The notes beneath the pieces are model-generated. The model saw nothing but the letters and a program-made list of their open reading frames with translations, was not told where the DNA came from and did not search any database. Source: Rhizophagus irregularis (Eukaryota). From it: a DNA stretch of 64,000 nucleotides. The stretch spans positions 930,001 through 994,000 of the forward strand of contig NC_089435.1 in NCBI RefSeq assembly GCF_026210795.1. Direction: 5' to 3'. The position numbers and the translations under genes are program-made. This document shows, in pieces, positions 51,801 through 64,000 of the stretch (its first letter is position 1; each line of letters opens with the position of its first letter).

Positions 51801-54800
51801 TTTATTGGTATGAAAAAGTAGCAGTAAAAAATCTTGATAATCAAGAAATGTTGAAATTAGCCGATAGTTTTAATTTAGGAACAGAAAAGAATTTAGAAAA
51901 AGCCCTTTATTGGTATCAAAAAGCAGCAGAAAATGGTAATATAGCAGCAATGCTTAATTTGGCCATACTTTATCATAATGGAGAAGGAACAGAAGAGAAT
52001 TTAAAAAAAGCCTTTTATTGGTTTCAAAAAATGAAAGCAGTATGTGGTAATAATCAAGCAATGCTTGATTTATCCATATGTTATTATATTGGAAAAGGAA
52101 CAGAAAAAAATTTAGAAAAAGCCTTTTATTGGTATCAGAAAGCAGCAGCAGAAAATGGTGATAATCAAGCAATGTTTAATTTAGCTATATGTTATTATAA
52201 TGGAAAAGGAACAGAAAAGAATTTAGAGAAAGCCTTTTATTGGTATCAAAAAGCAGCAAAAAGTGGTGTTAAGGAAGCAATGTTTAGTTTAGCCACACTT
52301 TTTAAAATTGGAGAAGGAACAGTAAAAAATTTAAAAAAAGCCTTTTATTGGTATCAAAAAGCAGCAAAAAATGGTGTTAAGAATGCTATGTTTAATTTAG
52401 CCAATGGTTACTACAATGGAGAAGGAACAAAGAAGAATTTAGAAAAAGCCTTTTATTGGTATCAAAAAGCTGCAGAAGAAGGTGATAAAGAAGCAATGTT
52501 CAATTTAGCCATATGTTTTGAAAATGGAGAAGGAACAGAAAAAAATTCAGAAAAATCCTTTTACTGGCAACAAAAAGCAGCGGAAAATGGTGACAAAAAA
52601 GCAATGTTTAATTTAGTTGATATATATGCAAATGGAGAAGGAACAGAAGAGAATTTAGAAAAAGCCTTTTATTGGTCTCAAAAATTAGCAGAAAATGGTA
52701 ATGAAATAGCAATGTTTAATTTGGCCGTATTTTATCATGATGGAAAAGTAACAGAAAAGAGTATAGAAAAAGCCTTTTATTGGTGTCAAAAAGCAGCAGA
52801 AAATGGTTACACTGGTGCAATGTTTAATTTAGCCAAATGTTATCAAGATGGAGAAGGAACAGAAAAGAATTTAGAAAAAGCATTTTGTTGGTATCAAAAA
52901 GCAGCGGAAAGTGGTAATGAAAAAGCCATGTTTAACTTAGCTAATAGATATTATAATGGAGAAGGAACAGAAAAAAATTTAGAAAAAGCATTTTATTGGT
53001 ATCAAAAATCAGCAGAAAATGGTAGTGAAAAAGCAATGAATGAATTAGCCATATGTTATAACAATGGAGAAGGAACAGAAAAGAATTTAGAAAAAGCCTT
53101 TTATTTGTTTCAACAAGCAGCAGGATATGGTGATAAAGAAGCAATGAATAATTTAGCCACATGTTACGATAATGGCAAAGGAACAGAAAAGAATTTAGAA
53201 AAAGCCTTTTATTGGTATCAAAAAGCAGCAGAAAAAGATCATATTGAAGCCATTTTTAATTTAGGCAATTGCTATCATAAAGGAGAAGTAACAAAAAAGA
53301 ATTTAGAAAAAGCTTTTTATTTGTATCAAAGAGCAGCAAAAAATGGTGATGAAAAGGCCATGCTTAACTTAGCTATATGTTATCATAATGGAGAAGGAAC
53401 AGAAAAGAATTTAGAAAAAGCCTTTCATTTGTTTCAAAAAGCATCAGAAAAGGTTAATGATCAAGCAATGATTAATTTAGCCATATGTTATGAAAATGGA
53501 GAAGGAACAGAAAAGAATTTAGAAAAAGCCTTTCATTGGTTTCAAAAAGCATCAGAAAATAGTAATGATCGAGCAATGATTAATTTATCCAGTCTTTATC
53601 TAGATGGAAATGGAACAGAAGAAGATTTAGAAAAATCTTTTTACTGGTGTCAAAATGCAGTAGCAGAAATTGGTGATGAACAAGCAATGTGTAATGTAGC
53701 CACATGTCATTGTTTAGGAAAAGGAACAGAAAAAAATTTAGAAAAAGCCTTTTATTGGTTTCAAAAAGCAGCAAAAAGTGGTGTTAAAGAAGCAATGTAT
53801 AATTTAGCCAGATTTTATGAAAATGGATGTGGAACAGAAAAAAATTTAGAAAAATCCTTTTATTGGTATCAAAAAGCAGTAGAAAATGGTTTGACTGATT
53901 CAATGTATAATTTAGCCAATATATATGCAAATGGAGAAGGATCAGAAAAAAATTTCGAAAAAGCCTTTTATTTGTATCAAAAAGCAGCAGAAAATGGTGT
54001 TAAGGAAGCAATGTTTATTTTAGCCAATAAGTATTACAATGGAGTAGAAATAGAAGGGAATTTTTATAAAGCATTTTATTGGTATCAAAAAGCAGCAGAA
54101 AATGGTGTTAAAAAAGCAATATTCAATTTGGCCACATGTTATAAAAATGGAGAAGGAACAGAGAAGAATTTAGAAAAAGCCTTTCATTGGTATCAAAAAG
54201 CAGCAGAAAAAGATGATATTACAGCAATGAATATTTTAGCCATATGTTATGAAAATGGAGAAGGAACAAAAAAAAATTTAGAAAAAGCTTTCTATTGGCA
54301 TCAAAAAGTAGTAGAAAGTAACAAAGTGAGCCCTAATACTAAAGTTGAATTATGTAATGAATGCAAGCAACCAGATACTGATTACCAGTGGTGTCAACAA
54401 TGTAATGCTAAACAATTTCAACAAGATTTTTCAAAGTGGACTAGTAAAAATAAGTTTATTGATGAATTTATTCAAGAAGCACAATTAAATGCTAAAAATA
54501 GTTATGAAATTTTGGAATGGATACCTTATGATAAATTGTCAAGTATTAATTATTATAATAAAGGAGGATTCAGTGAAATTCATAAAGCTATCTGGTTAGA
54601 TGGACCTATTTTTAGTTGGAATTTTGATAAAAAACAATGGAATAGATGTAATTTTCAAACAGGTTATGAGGTTATTCTTAAAACACTTAATAGTTCATCA
54701 GGTTCAGATGATAAATTTCTGAATGAGGTGTAGTATTTTTATTTAATAATCAGTTTTATTTCTTTTGCAAAAGTTTAATAATTTTTTTATCATTTATATA

Positions 54801-55722
54801 GTGTAAGTATCATTATAATTGTCAGAAAAATTCATTTTCAAAATTTATTCAGTTCTTTGGAATAACCCAAGATCCAAATAATTTAAATTATATAATAGTA
54901 ATGAGTTATGCAAAAAAAGGAAATTTGAGAAAATGTTTACCTGATATAATTAAATTTAAGTGGCAAGACAAGTTACAATTATTGAAAAAAATTATATTAG
55001 GACTTAAAGTAATTCATGAATCAAATTTAACTCATGGTGACTTTCATGATGGTAATATTTTAATGTCAGATAATTACAATGAATTATTTATTATTGATTT
55101 AGGATTATGTAAACCTATAGATGATTCACAGGATTCTGATAATGATGATAATGAAATTTATGGAATTTTACCTTACATGGCACCCGAAATATTAAGAAGA
55201 AATCCCTATACTCCAGCAAGTGATATTTATAGTTTTTCAATGATAATGTGGGAATTTACATCAGGTATTCCCCCATTTAAATATGAAGCAAATGATCAAA
55301 ACCTTATCTTAAGTATTTGTGAAGGGGAACGTCCTGAAATTATAAAAAATACTCCAAAATGTTATATAGATTTAATGAAAAAATGTTGGGATTCAAATCC
55401 TGCCAATAGACCAACCATAATTATGCTTGAAAATACTATATCTGAATGGATTAGATGTATTAATAAGTATTACGAATTAAACAGGGATGGAATTGGACAT
55501 TATGGAAATTATAACCATGAAGTAATTAATACTGATAATCAATTAAGAAATGATATGTTGGAATTTATAAAGGCAAACGAAGCTTTAGTACAAAAACAAG
55601 CAAATTCTTCTATTATACAATCTCATCCACAAGCATATTGTGTAAGTCGTACACTTACTGGAATTTCAGTTCAATCAGACCCAGTTCAAGAAAAGACTGA
55701 GTGTCTTGATTGTATGGTTTAA
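48869..55722 (+). CDS. Sel1-repeat (49x) protein kinase, ~2259 aa, two exons (48869-54727, 54802-55722)
   Basis: Same architecture, intron position and near-identical kinase domain as the minus-strand paralogue; uninterrupted 5.86-kb first exon. Confidence 0.94.
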
Positions 55723-56921
55723 GATTAATGATTCTGCTATTTATTCTTTATTTGCTGGATTATTTATCGGTTATTGTGTAGAAAATATTTATATATTTAT
55801 ACAATTCGTTACTATTATTTTTTTATAATTAATATAATTGCAACTGAATATTTACTTAAAATATTATCATAAAATTCACTTTTTGAAGTTATATCATCAA
55901 TACTAGACTTTTCAAAACAACTTCAGTTGCTTCTATCTATTTTCCGTCTAATTGATATTGATAAATTATTTTAGACAAAGTTCAGTTGATATATAGTTGT
56001 CTGGCAATGCTATATTTCCTAATGTCAAAACAATCTAAAGTTTAAAATATTTAAACATCTATGTTTATAAAAAAATTTATCCAATCATATAATCACTTTC
56101 TACCCTATGTGATTTTTGTGGCACATCAGCCTCATTTGCTTTTTTTCGTAACATTACCTTAGAAAAATTTTTTCGCTTCTCGCATTTTTAAAGTATAAAA
56201 AATATTGATTTCATGCTTTTAAAATTTCATATTTAATAAAATAAATAAATTATTTACTTTCTAAAAGTTAATAAAACACTAAAAATATGTTTTATTGGTA
56301 AAAAAAAAATGATAAGTTTGTTTGATTTTACATTGACATTTATGTCTGATTTATTAATAAACTAGAATATGCGATTTGCCAGGGGACTTCGTCCCCCAAA
56401 CATAACATTTATAATTAAAAAAATTTTTTGATATAAATAAATTGAATTGTATGTAAAATATTACCAAATAATAAAATTTTATTATAATTAAACCTATAAA
56501 AAATCATGTTTTTAATAAGGTTTTATACAATTTTTTCTTAAAAATAATGTTTCTAATCTATATAGGGATACGGAAAAATGCACAATTCCATATCACAAAA
56601 ATGTATCATTTTGCATGATTTGACCATAATTTATGCCGAATTTATATTGATTTGATCACAGAAATTACATAATTTAAGCATAGAATTTACACGATTTGGT
56701 TAATGAATTTACTGCTTAAATTACAATTATTAATATTAGTTGCATTTATATGAATTTGATTTTAATAATATTTTACTAAATTATTAAATCAAATATAAAA
56801 TCCTTAGTATCATGTGATTATAATTAGCCAATAATATAAATTAATTCTTATTATTTAAAATAATGACGTAAGTTGTAATAAGTGTTTTAAAGTTAATACA
56901 GCTACAAAAAAATAAAATTTT

Positions 56922-58397
56922 ATGAAAATTAATATTCAAGTGCTTTTAACCTGCCTGAACAACTTTCAATTAATAAATAAAGTTGATTTCATTTGTCCAA
57001 AGTGGAGATATTACGCTCTAAATTAAAGAAAAATAGAAAAGAGAGTTAATATCATCAAGAAAAATGCAATCTTCTTTAAGCACTACACCTACATTCATGA
57101 AAATTAATATTCAAGTGCTTTTAATCTGCCTGAACAACTTTCAATTAATAAATGAAGTTGATTTCATTTGTCCAAAGTGGAGATATTACGCTCTAAATTA
57201 AAAAAAATAGAAAAGAGAGTTAATATCATCAAGAAAAATGCAATCTTCTTTAAGCACTACACCTACATTCATGAAAATTAATATTCAAGTGCTTTTAATC
57301 TGCCTGAACAACTTTCAATTAATAAATGAAGTTGATTTCATTTGTTCAAAGTGGAGATATTACGCTCTAAATTAAAAAAATAGAAAAGAGAGTTAATATC
57401 ATTAACAAAAATGCAATCTTCTCTAAGCACTACACCTACATTCATGAAAATTAATATTCAAGTGGTTTCAACCTGCCTGAACAACTTTCAATTAATAAAT
57501 GAAGTTGATTTCATTTGTCCAAAGTGGAGATATTACGCTCTAAATTAAAAAAATAGAAAAGAGAGTTAATATCATCAACAAAAATGCAATCTTCTCTAAG
57601 CACTACACCTACATTCATGAAAATTAATATTCAAGTGGTTTCAACCTGCCTGAACAACTTTCAATTAATAAATAAAGTTGATTTCATTTGTCCAAAGTGG
57701 AGATATTACGCTCTAAATTAAAAAATAGAAAAGAGAGTTAATATCATCAACAAAAATGCAATTTTCTCTAAGAACTACACCTACATTCATGAAAATTAAT
57801 ATTCAAGTGGTTTCAACCTGCCTGAACAACTTTCAATTAATAAATGAAGTTGATTTCATTTGTCCAAAGTGGAGATATTACACTCTAAATTAAAAAAAAA
57901 TAGAAAAGAGAGTTAATATTATCAAGAAAAATGCAATCTTCTTTAAGCACTACATCTACATTCATGAAAATTAATATTCAAGTGGTTTCAACCTGCCTGA
58001 ACAACTTTCAATTAATAAATGAAGTTGATTTCATTTGTCCAAAGTGGAGATATTACACTCTAAATTAAAAAAAAATAGAAAAGAGAGTTAATATTATCAA
58101 GAAAAATGCAATCTTCTTTAAGCACTACATCTACATTCATGAAAATTAATATTCAAGTGGTTTCAACCTGCCTGAACAACTTTCAATTAATAAATGAAGT
58201 TGATTTCATTTGTCCAAAGTGGAGATATTATGTTCTAAATTAAAAAATAGAAAAGAGAGTTAATATCATCAACAAAAATGCAATCTTCTCTAAGCACTAC
58301 ACCTACATTCATGAAAATTAATATTCAAGTGGTTTTAACCTGCCTGAACAACTTTTAATTAATAAATAAAGTTAATTTCATTTGTCCAAAGTGAAGA
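56922..58397. repeat. 172-175 bp satellite, about 8.5 copies
   Basis: atgaaaattaatattcaagtg starts at 56922, 57097, 57271, 57444, 57617, 57789, 57964, 58139 and 58311. Confidence 0.97.
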
Positions 58398-58967
58398 TTA
58401 TAATGTATTTGGAAAAGAAGTTTAATTTAAAAAAATTTTATATAAAAAAAATGTAATATGAAAATTAAGAACTGAGTTGACAAAAATTTGAAATAACATG
58501 AATTTTAAATTAATTCTTTCATTAATTATAAATTCAAGTAGTTTAAAATAAAAATAGTAAGAAAAAATATTTTTTATGAAATATCACATTATTTTCTAAA
58601 AGAAAGTCTTATAAATTTAATTTGTAATTATGTAATATCCAAATATTTAATCTTACAAATAGAAAAAAAATGTAAAAAAAATTTATGATGTTTTATAAAA
58701 AAAGAAAAAATTTTAAATTTTTGAAAAAAAATTTCGTCTAACACTTTTTAATTGATTATCACAAGATCTGCATGATCATCTACACGTTTTAATTTTTTTA
58801 ACGAAAAAAAGAAATATATTTGAATATTTTATTTCTTTGTAAATCAATAACGATCAACAAAATTAAATACAAATATAAAACTTATTGCTTGATGCCGCAA
58901 GTTAATATGTAGTAAAAGTGGCACAAAAATGAATATTTTGTAATTTTATTCTAATGATATCAAAGAA

Positions 58968-59098
58968 GCAATATTGCAATATTGCAATATTGCAATAACA
59001 ACGTCTATAGCTATAGCTATAGCTATAGCAATAGCAATAGCAATAGCAATAGCAATAGCAATAGCAATAGCTATAGCTATAGCTATATAGCTATATAG
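58968..59098. repeat. Compound microsatellite (ATATTGCA)n...(TAGCTA)n(TAGCAA)n(TAGCTA)n
   Basis: Read directly; continues briefly after 63576. Confidence 0.95.
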
Positions 59099-62000
59099 TA
59101 TGGCAAGCCGAGCTGGACTAAACTATCAGGCATTGGGCGGGTGAAAAATCAAGCATGGATTGACAAAATGTTACACCGTGCCTGACATTTTACCTGTTCA
59201 TGCTTGATATTCATCTGTCCGTGCTTGATATTTATCTGTACGTGTTTGATATTTTTATCTGTTCATGCTTGATGTTTATCTATCACGTGCTTGATATTTT
59301 TATCTGTTCATGCTTGATGTTTATCTGTTCATGCTTGATGTTTATCTGTACGTGCTTGATGTTTTATCTGTACGTGCTTGATGTTTTATCTGTACCGTGC
59401 TTGATGTTTATCTGTACGTGCTTGATATTTATCTGTACGTGCTTGATGTACGTGCTTGATGGTTTTATCTGTACGTGCTTGATGGTTTTATCCGACCATG
59501 CTTGACATTTTTATCCGTCCGTGCTTTATATTTTTATCCATCTGTGCTTGATATTTTTGTCCGTCTGTGCTTGATGTTTTTGTCCAACTGTGTTTGATTT
59601 AATCCAACTATACTCGATAATTTTATCTTTGTCAAAAATTAGTTTCTTTGTCAGCACAGGGTTGATATTTTGTTGGTCACATGTTTTTAAGTTTAGCGTA
59701 GTTTTAAAAAAAATTTTTTTTTTTATTGGCTTTTTTTTATAAACAAATTTTGTAGAGAATTTTTATTTTTAATATAGGCAAAGGCTTTGTTTGGTAGAAT
59801 TTCTTTGGGAATTTTTAATAAGATTTTTTTTGATAAAAAATTTCGTTAGAAAATTTTTTTCATTGATAGGGACATTTCTGAGTTTTTTTTTTTTGATGAT
59901 AATTTCGTTAAAAACTTTTATTTGATAGAAATTTTATTGGAGAATTTTTTTTTAATAAGATTTTTTTTTTGACATATACTTAATTTGTTGGAACAATTTT
60001 TTTTAACAGGAGAGATTTTTTTTTTTGATAGAGAATTAATTGAAAATTTTTTTTTTTTTTGTAGAAAATTATTTGAAGAATTTTTTTAATAGGGAAGATT
60101 TTTTTTTTTGATAGATAATTTCGTTACTAGAAAATTTTTTTAACTAGTGAGATTTTTTTTGATAGAGAATTTCGTTAGAATTTTTTTTTAATAGGACTGA
60201 GGGAGTTTTCCTTGATAAAGAATTCTTTTGGAATTTTTTTTAATAGGTGAAAGTATTTTTGACGGAGAATTTTATTAGAGAATTTTTTTTTTTTTTTGAT
60301 AGAAATTTTCAACATAGAATTTTCTTTTTAATAGGTAAGATTTTTTTTTTGATAGATCATTTCGTTAATAATTTTTTTAACAGGAGATTTTTTTTTTGAT
60401 AGAAAATTTCGGTAAAGAATTTTTTTTTTAGAATTTTTTTTTAATAGGAGGGAAGTTTTTTTTTGATAGAAATTCTTTTGAGAACTTTTTTAAATAGGTA
60501 AGAATCTTTGAATTTTTTTTTAATAGGGAAAATGTATTTTTTGATGGAAGATTTTCGTTAGAAATTTTTCTTAATCAGGGATATTTTTTTTTGATTGAGA
60601 ATTTCATTAGAGAATTGTTGGTTGAAAAGTTTTTTTATTTTTTTGATGGAGAATTTTGTTAGAAGTCTCAATAGAAAATTTTATTGAAAATAGTTTTTTT
60701 TTAATAAGGGTATTGAGAATTTTGGCTTGAAATTTTTTATTTAATAAAGAATTTCATTAGGAATCTTTTTTTTTTATAAAAAATTGGTTGAAAATTTATT
60801 GGAAATTTTTTATTAAATTTTACAATTTTAATAAATTTTTACTCCTCTTCGTCATCCCATAACTTCTTTTAATCTTCCATCGCTCCTTTTCGTCTCCCAT
60901 CACTCCTTTTCGTCTCCCATTGCTTCTTTTCGTCTCCCATCACGCCTCTTCGTCTCCTATCACTCCTTTTCGTCTCCCATCACTCTTTTTTGTCTCCCAT
61001 CGCTCCCTTTCGTCTCCTATCACTCCTCTTAATCTTCCCATCACTTCTTTTCGTCTCCTATCACTCCTCTTAATCTTCCCATCACTTCTTTTCGTCTCCC
61101 ATCACTCCTCTTAATCTTCCCATCACTTCTTTTCGTCTCCCATCACTCCTTTTTATCTCCCATCACTCCTCTTCGTCACCCATCACTCCTCTTCGTCTCC
61201 CATCACTTCTTTTCGTCTCCCATCACTCCTCTTCGTCTTTCATCACTTCCTTTTGTCTCCCATCACTCCTCTTAATCTTCCCATCACTTTTTTTTTTATC
61301 TCCCATCACTCCTCTTTGTCTCCAATCACTTCTTTTCGTCTCCCATCACTCCTTTTCGTCTCTCATCATGTCCTATTTCTCCTTTTTGTTTCCTATCACT
61401 TCTCATTACTCTTTTATTCCCTTTCATCTTCTATTACTTTCCATTACTCCATTGTTATTTTATTTTTTTATTAGCATCTTTTTCCTTGATCATTGTAATT
61501 TACTTATCTTTTTTATTTCTTGTTATTGTTTCTTTTATTTGTACACTTCAATAAAAATAAATATGGTGATTTTTTTCTTTAAAATCGTAAATGTGACTTA
61601 AATTTTAATATTTGTAAATAAAATTTAATTAAATAAGATATTTTGAATAAATATATTTGCAAAAAATTTTTTTTAAAAAATATCTTTTTAATAATAACCG
61701 ATCAAAAATTAGATAGTACATATATATTTGAAAAAAATAACCCAGGCGATGATCGCCCAGGCAATCCCAATTTTTATTTATATATTAAAAGTATTTAAAA
61801 TAGTAGATTTTCAAAAATGTTTCCAATTAATGATAAAAAGAAGAAACACTTCAAACAAATTTCTGCTATATACTTTTCTTAAAGTTAACATTATTAACTT
61901 TTTAATTTATGTCGGCTCATGCGGAGCTTTACTAGTATATAAAATTTGCTTAATTTACTGCTATTAAGGATTCTATCATAGTTTTTTTTTAATTTTATCT

Positions 62001-63576
62001 TAATCTTATTAATGTAATTTAGTAATTTTTTAATTTTATAAAAAAAGATCTCTAATGAAATTCTTTATTAAAAAAAAAATTTCAAGCCAAAATTCTCGAT
62101 ACCCTTATTAAAAAAAAAACTATTTTCTAACAAAATTCTCCATCAAAAAAATAAAAAAACTTTTCAACCAACAATTCTCTAATGAAATTCTCAATCAAAA
62201 AAAATATCCCTGATTAAGAAAAATTTCTAACGAAAATCTTCCATCAAAAAATACATTTTCCCTATTAAAAAAAAATTCAAAGATTCTTTACCTATTAAAA
62301 AAAGTTCTCAAAAGAATTTCTATCAAAAAAAAACTTCCCTCCTATTAAAAAAAAAAATTCTTTACCAAAATTTTCTATCAAAAAAAAAAATCTCCTGTTA
62401 AAAAAATTATTAACGAAATGATCTATCAAAAAAAAAAAAATTCTCTAATAAAATTCTCCGTCAAAAAATACTTTCACCTATTAAAAAAAATTCCCAAAAG
62501 AATTCTTTATCAAGGAAAACTCCCTCCTATTAAAAAAAATTCTTAACGAAATTCTCTATCAAAAAAAAATCTCACTTGTTAAAAAAATTTTCTAGTAACG
62601 AAATTATCTATCAAAAAAAAAATCTTCCCTATTAAAAAAATTCTTCAAATAATTTTCTGCAAAAAAAAAAAAAATTCTCAATTAATTCTTTATCAAAAAA
62701 AAAATCTCTCCTATCAAAAAAAATTGTTAAGTACATATCAAAAAAAAAATCTTATCAAAAAAAAAATTCTCCAATAAAATTTCTATCAAATAAAAGTTTT
62801 TAACGAAATTATCATCAAAAAAAAAACTCAGAAATGTTCCTATCAATGAAAAAAAATTTTCTAACGAAATTTTTTATCAAAAAAAATCTTATTAAAAAAA
62901 TTCCCAAAGAAATTCTATCAAACTAAGCCTTTGCCTATATTAAAAATAAAAATTCTCTACAAAATTTGTTTATAAAAAAAAGCCAATAAAAAAAAAAAAT
63001 TTTTTAAAACTATGCTAAACTTAAAACATGTGACCAACAAAATATCAACCCTGTGCTGACAAAGAAACTAATTTTTGACAAAGATAAAATTATTGAGCAT
63101 AGTTGGATTAAATCAAATACAGTTGGACAAAAACATCAAGCACAGACGGACAAAAATATCAAGCACAAATGGATAAAAACATAAAGCACGGACGGATAAA
63201 AATGTCAAGCATGGTCAGATAAAAACATCAAGCACGTACAGATAAAAACATCAAGCACGTACAGATAAATATCAAGCATGTACAGATAAACATCAAACAC
63301 GTACAAATAAAACATCAAGCACGTACAGATAAAACATCAAGCACGTACAGATAAACATCAAGCATGAACAGATAAAAATATCAAGCACGTGATAGATAAA
63401 CATCAAGCATGAACAGATAAAAATATCAAGCACGTACAGATAAATATCAAGCACGGGACAGATGAAAATCAAGCATAAACAGGTAAAATGTCAGACACGG
63501 GGTGACATTTTGTCAAGCCATGCTTGATATTTTATCGCACAATGTCTGATAATTATGTCCAACTCGGCTTGCCATA
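59099..63576. mobile_element. 4.5-kb non-coding foldback element with ~1.6-kb inverted arms and a possible 6-bp TSD (ATATAG)
   Basis: tatggcaagccgag / ctcggcttgccata; arms ~59099-60780 and ~62030-63576 are reverse complements including ~20-bp gtgcttgat subterminal repeats; atatag at 59093-59098 and 63577-63582. Confidence 0.92.
60840..61770 (-). mobile_element. Inverted partial copy of the minisatellite-bearing element at ~39806-40650
   Basis: cccaggcgatgatcgcccaggcaatccc terminus and (ttttcgtctcccatcactcc)n match the reverse complement of that block. Confidence 0.85.
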
Positions 63577-64000
63577 ATATAGCTATAGTATAAGATTCAA
63601 CTACGAAGTTCACATGGTGCATTCCCAAAAAGATGAAAATCTGCATGAAGATCAGAGGACAAACTACAAATTAAGCGAAAAAGTGAATGAATAAGGAAGG
63701 TCATGCAGGATGATCACCACTTCAAAATCATACTATCGCCAAATAAGTACAATAAATAATACCTAAATAAATACAAAAACGCGTTTTATATAAAGAGATA
63801 TAAAAAATGTATAATGAGTTTAATATTGTTACTATAGTTGTTAAGCAACTTTATTTAGTCTTCAAAGAATAGTTTGCTTTGACCAAAGTACCAAAATTAT
63901 GTTCTAAATCTTTGTATAAAGAAGATAAACAACAAATAAAAACAGTTAATATAGTAATTAAAAATAATAAACCAGTAATAAATTTTATACTTAAATAATT

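Larger units (their letters stand above)
56362..63595 (-). mobile_element. Non-autonomous Helitron, interrupted by a foldback element
   Basis: On the minus strand: 5' A|TCTTATACTATAG at 63595; 3' hairpin GGGGAC-GAA-GTCCCC (56396-56382) followed by CTAG|T at 56362; A/T insertion site with no TSD. Confidence 0.72.

Noticed and set aside
49263..53774. Seven short minus-strand ORFs
   Set aside because: Antisense shadows of the Sel1 repeats.

Overview
Very AT-rich eukaryotic DNA with short GT-AG introns. The gene families present (Sel1-repeat kinases, Plavaka, Transposase_21/CACTA and pogo transposases) point to an arbuscular mycorrhizal fungus such as Rhizophagus; this is an inference, no search was run. 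The only long intact host-like genes are two divergently oriented paralogues (34778-38715 minus, 48869-55722 plus) with a Cys4 - (Sel1)n - Cys4 - non-RD kinase layout. They carry 23 and 49 Sel1 repeats whose scaffold is nearly invariant while a fixed set of helix-A positions is hypervariable, which suggests a diversifying immune-like receptor family. The rest is nested DNA transposons whose ends can often be read exactly: (1) a disrupted CACTA-type transposase; (2) a complete 6.8 kb Plavaka element with CATCAGGAGA TIRs, a 2-bp TSD and a divergent 6-exon accessory gene; (3) a 3.6 kb non-autonomous CATCAGG element carrying a spliced Myb/SANT-like gene missed by the ORF track; (4) a complete pogo element; (5) several small MITEs with 2-3 bp TSDs; (6) a non-autonomous Helitron containing a ~174-bp satellite and a 4.5 kb foldback element. 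The 4.5-17 kb region holds orphan genes separated by arrays of an oriented ~30-bp palindrome. No rRNA, tRNA or CRISPR array was recognised. Repeat-array coordinates are approximate; TSD-defined ends were read base by base.
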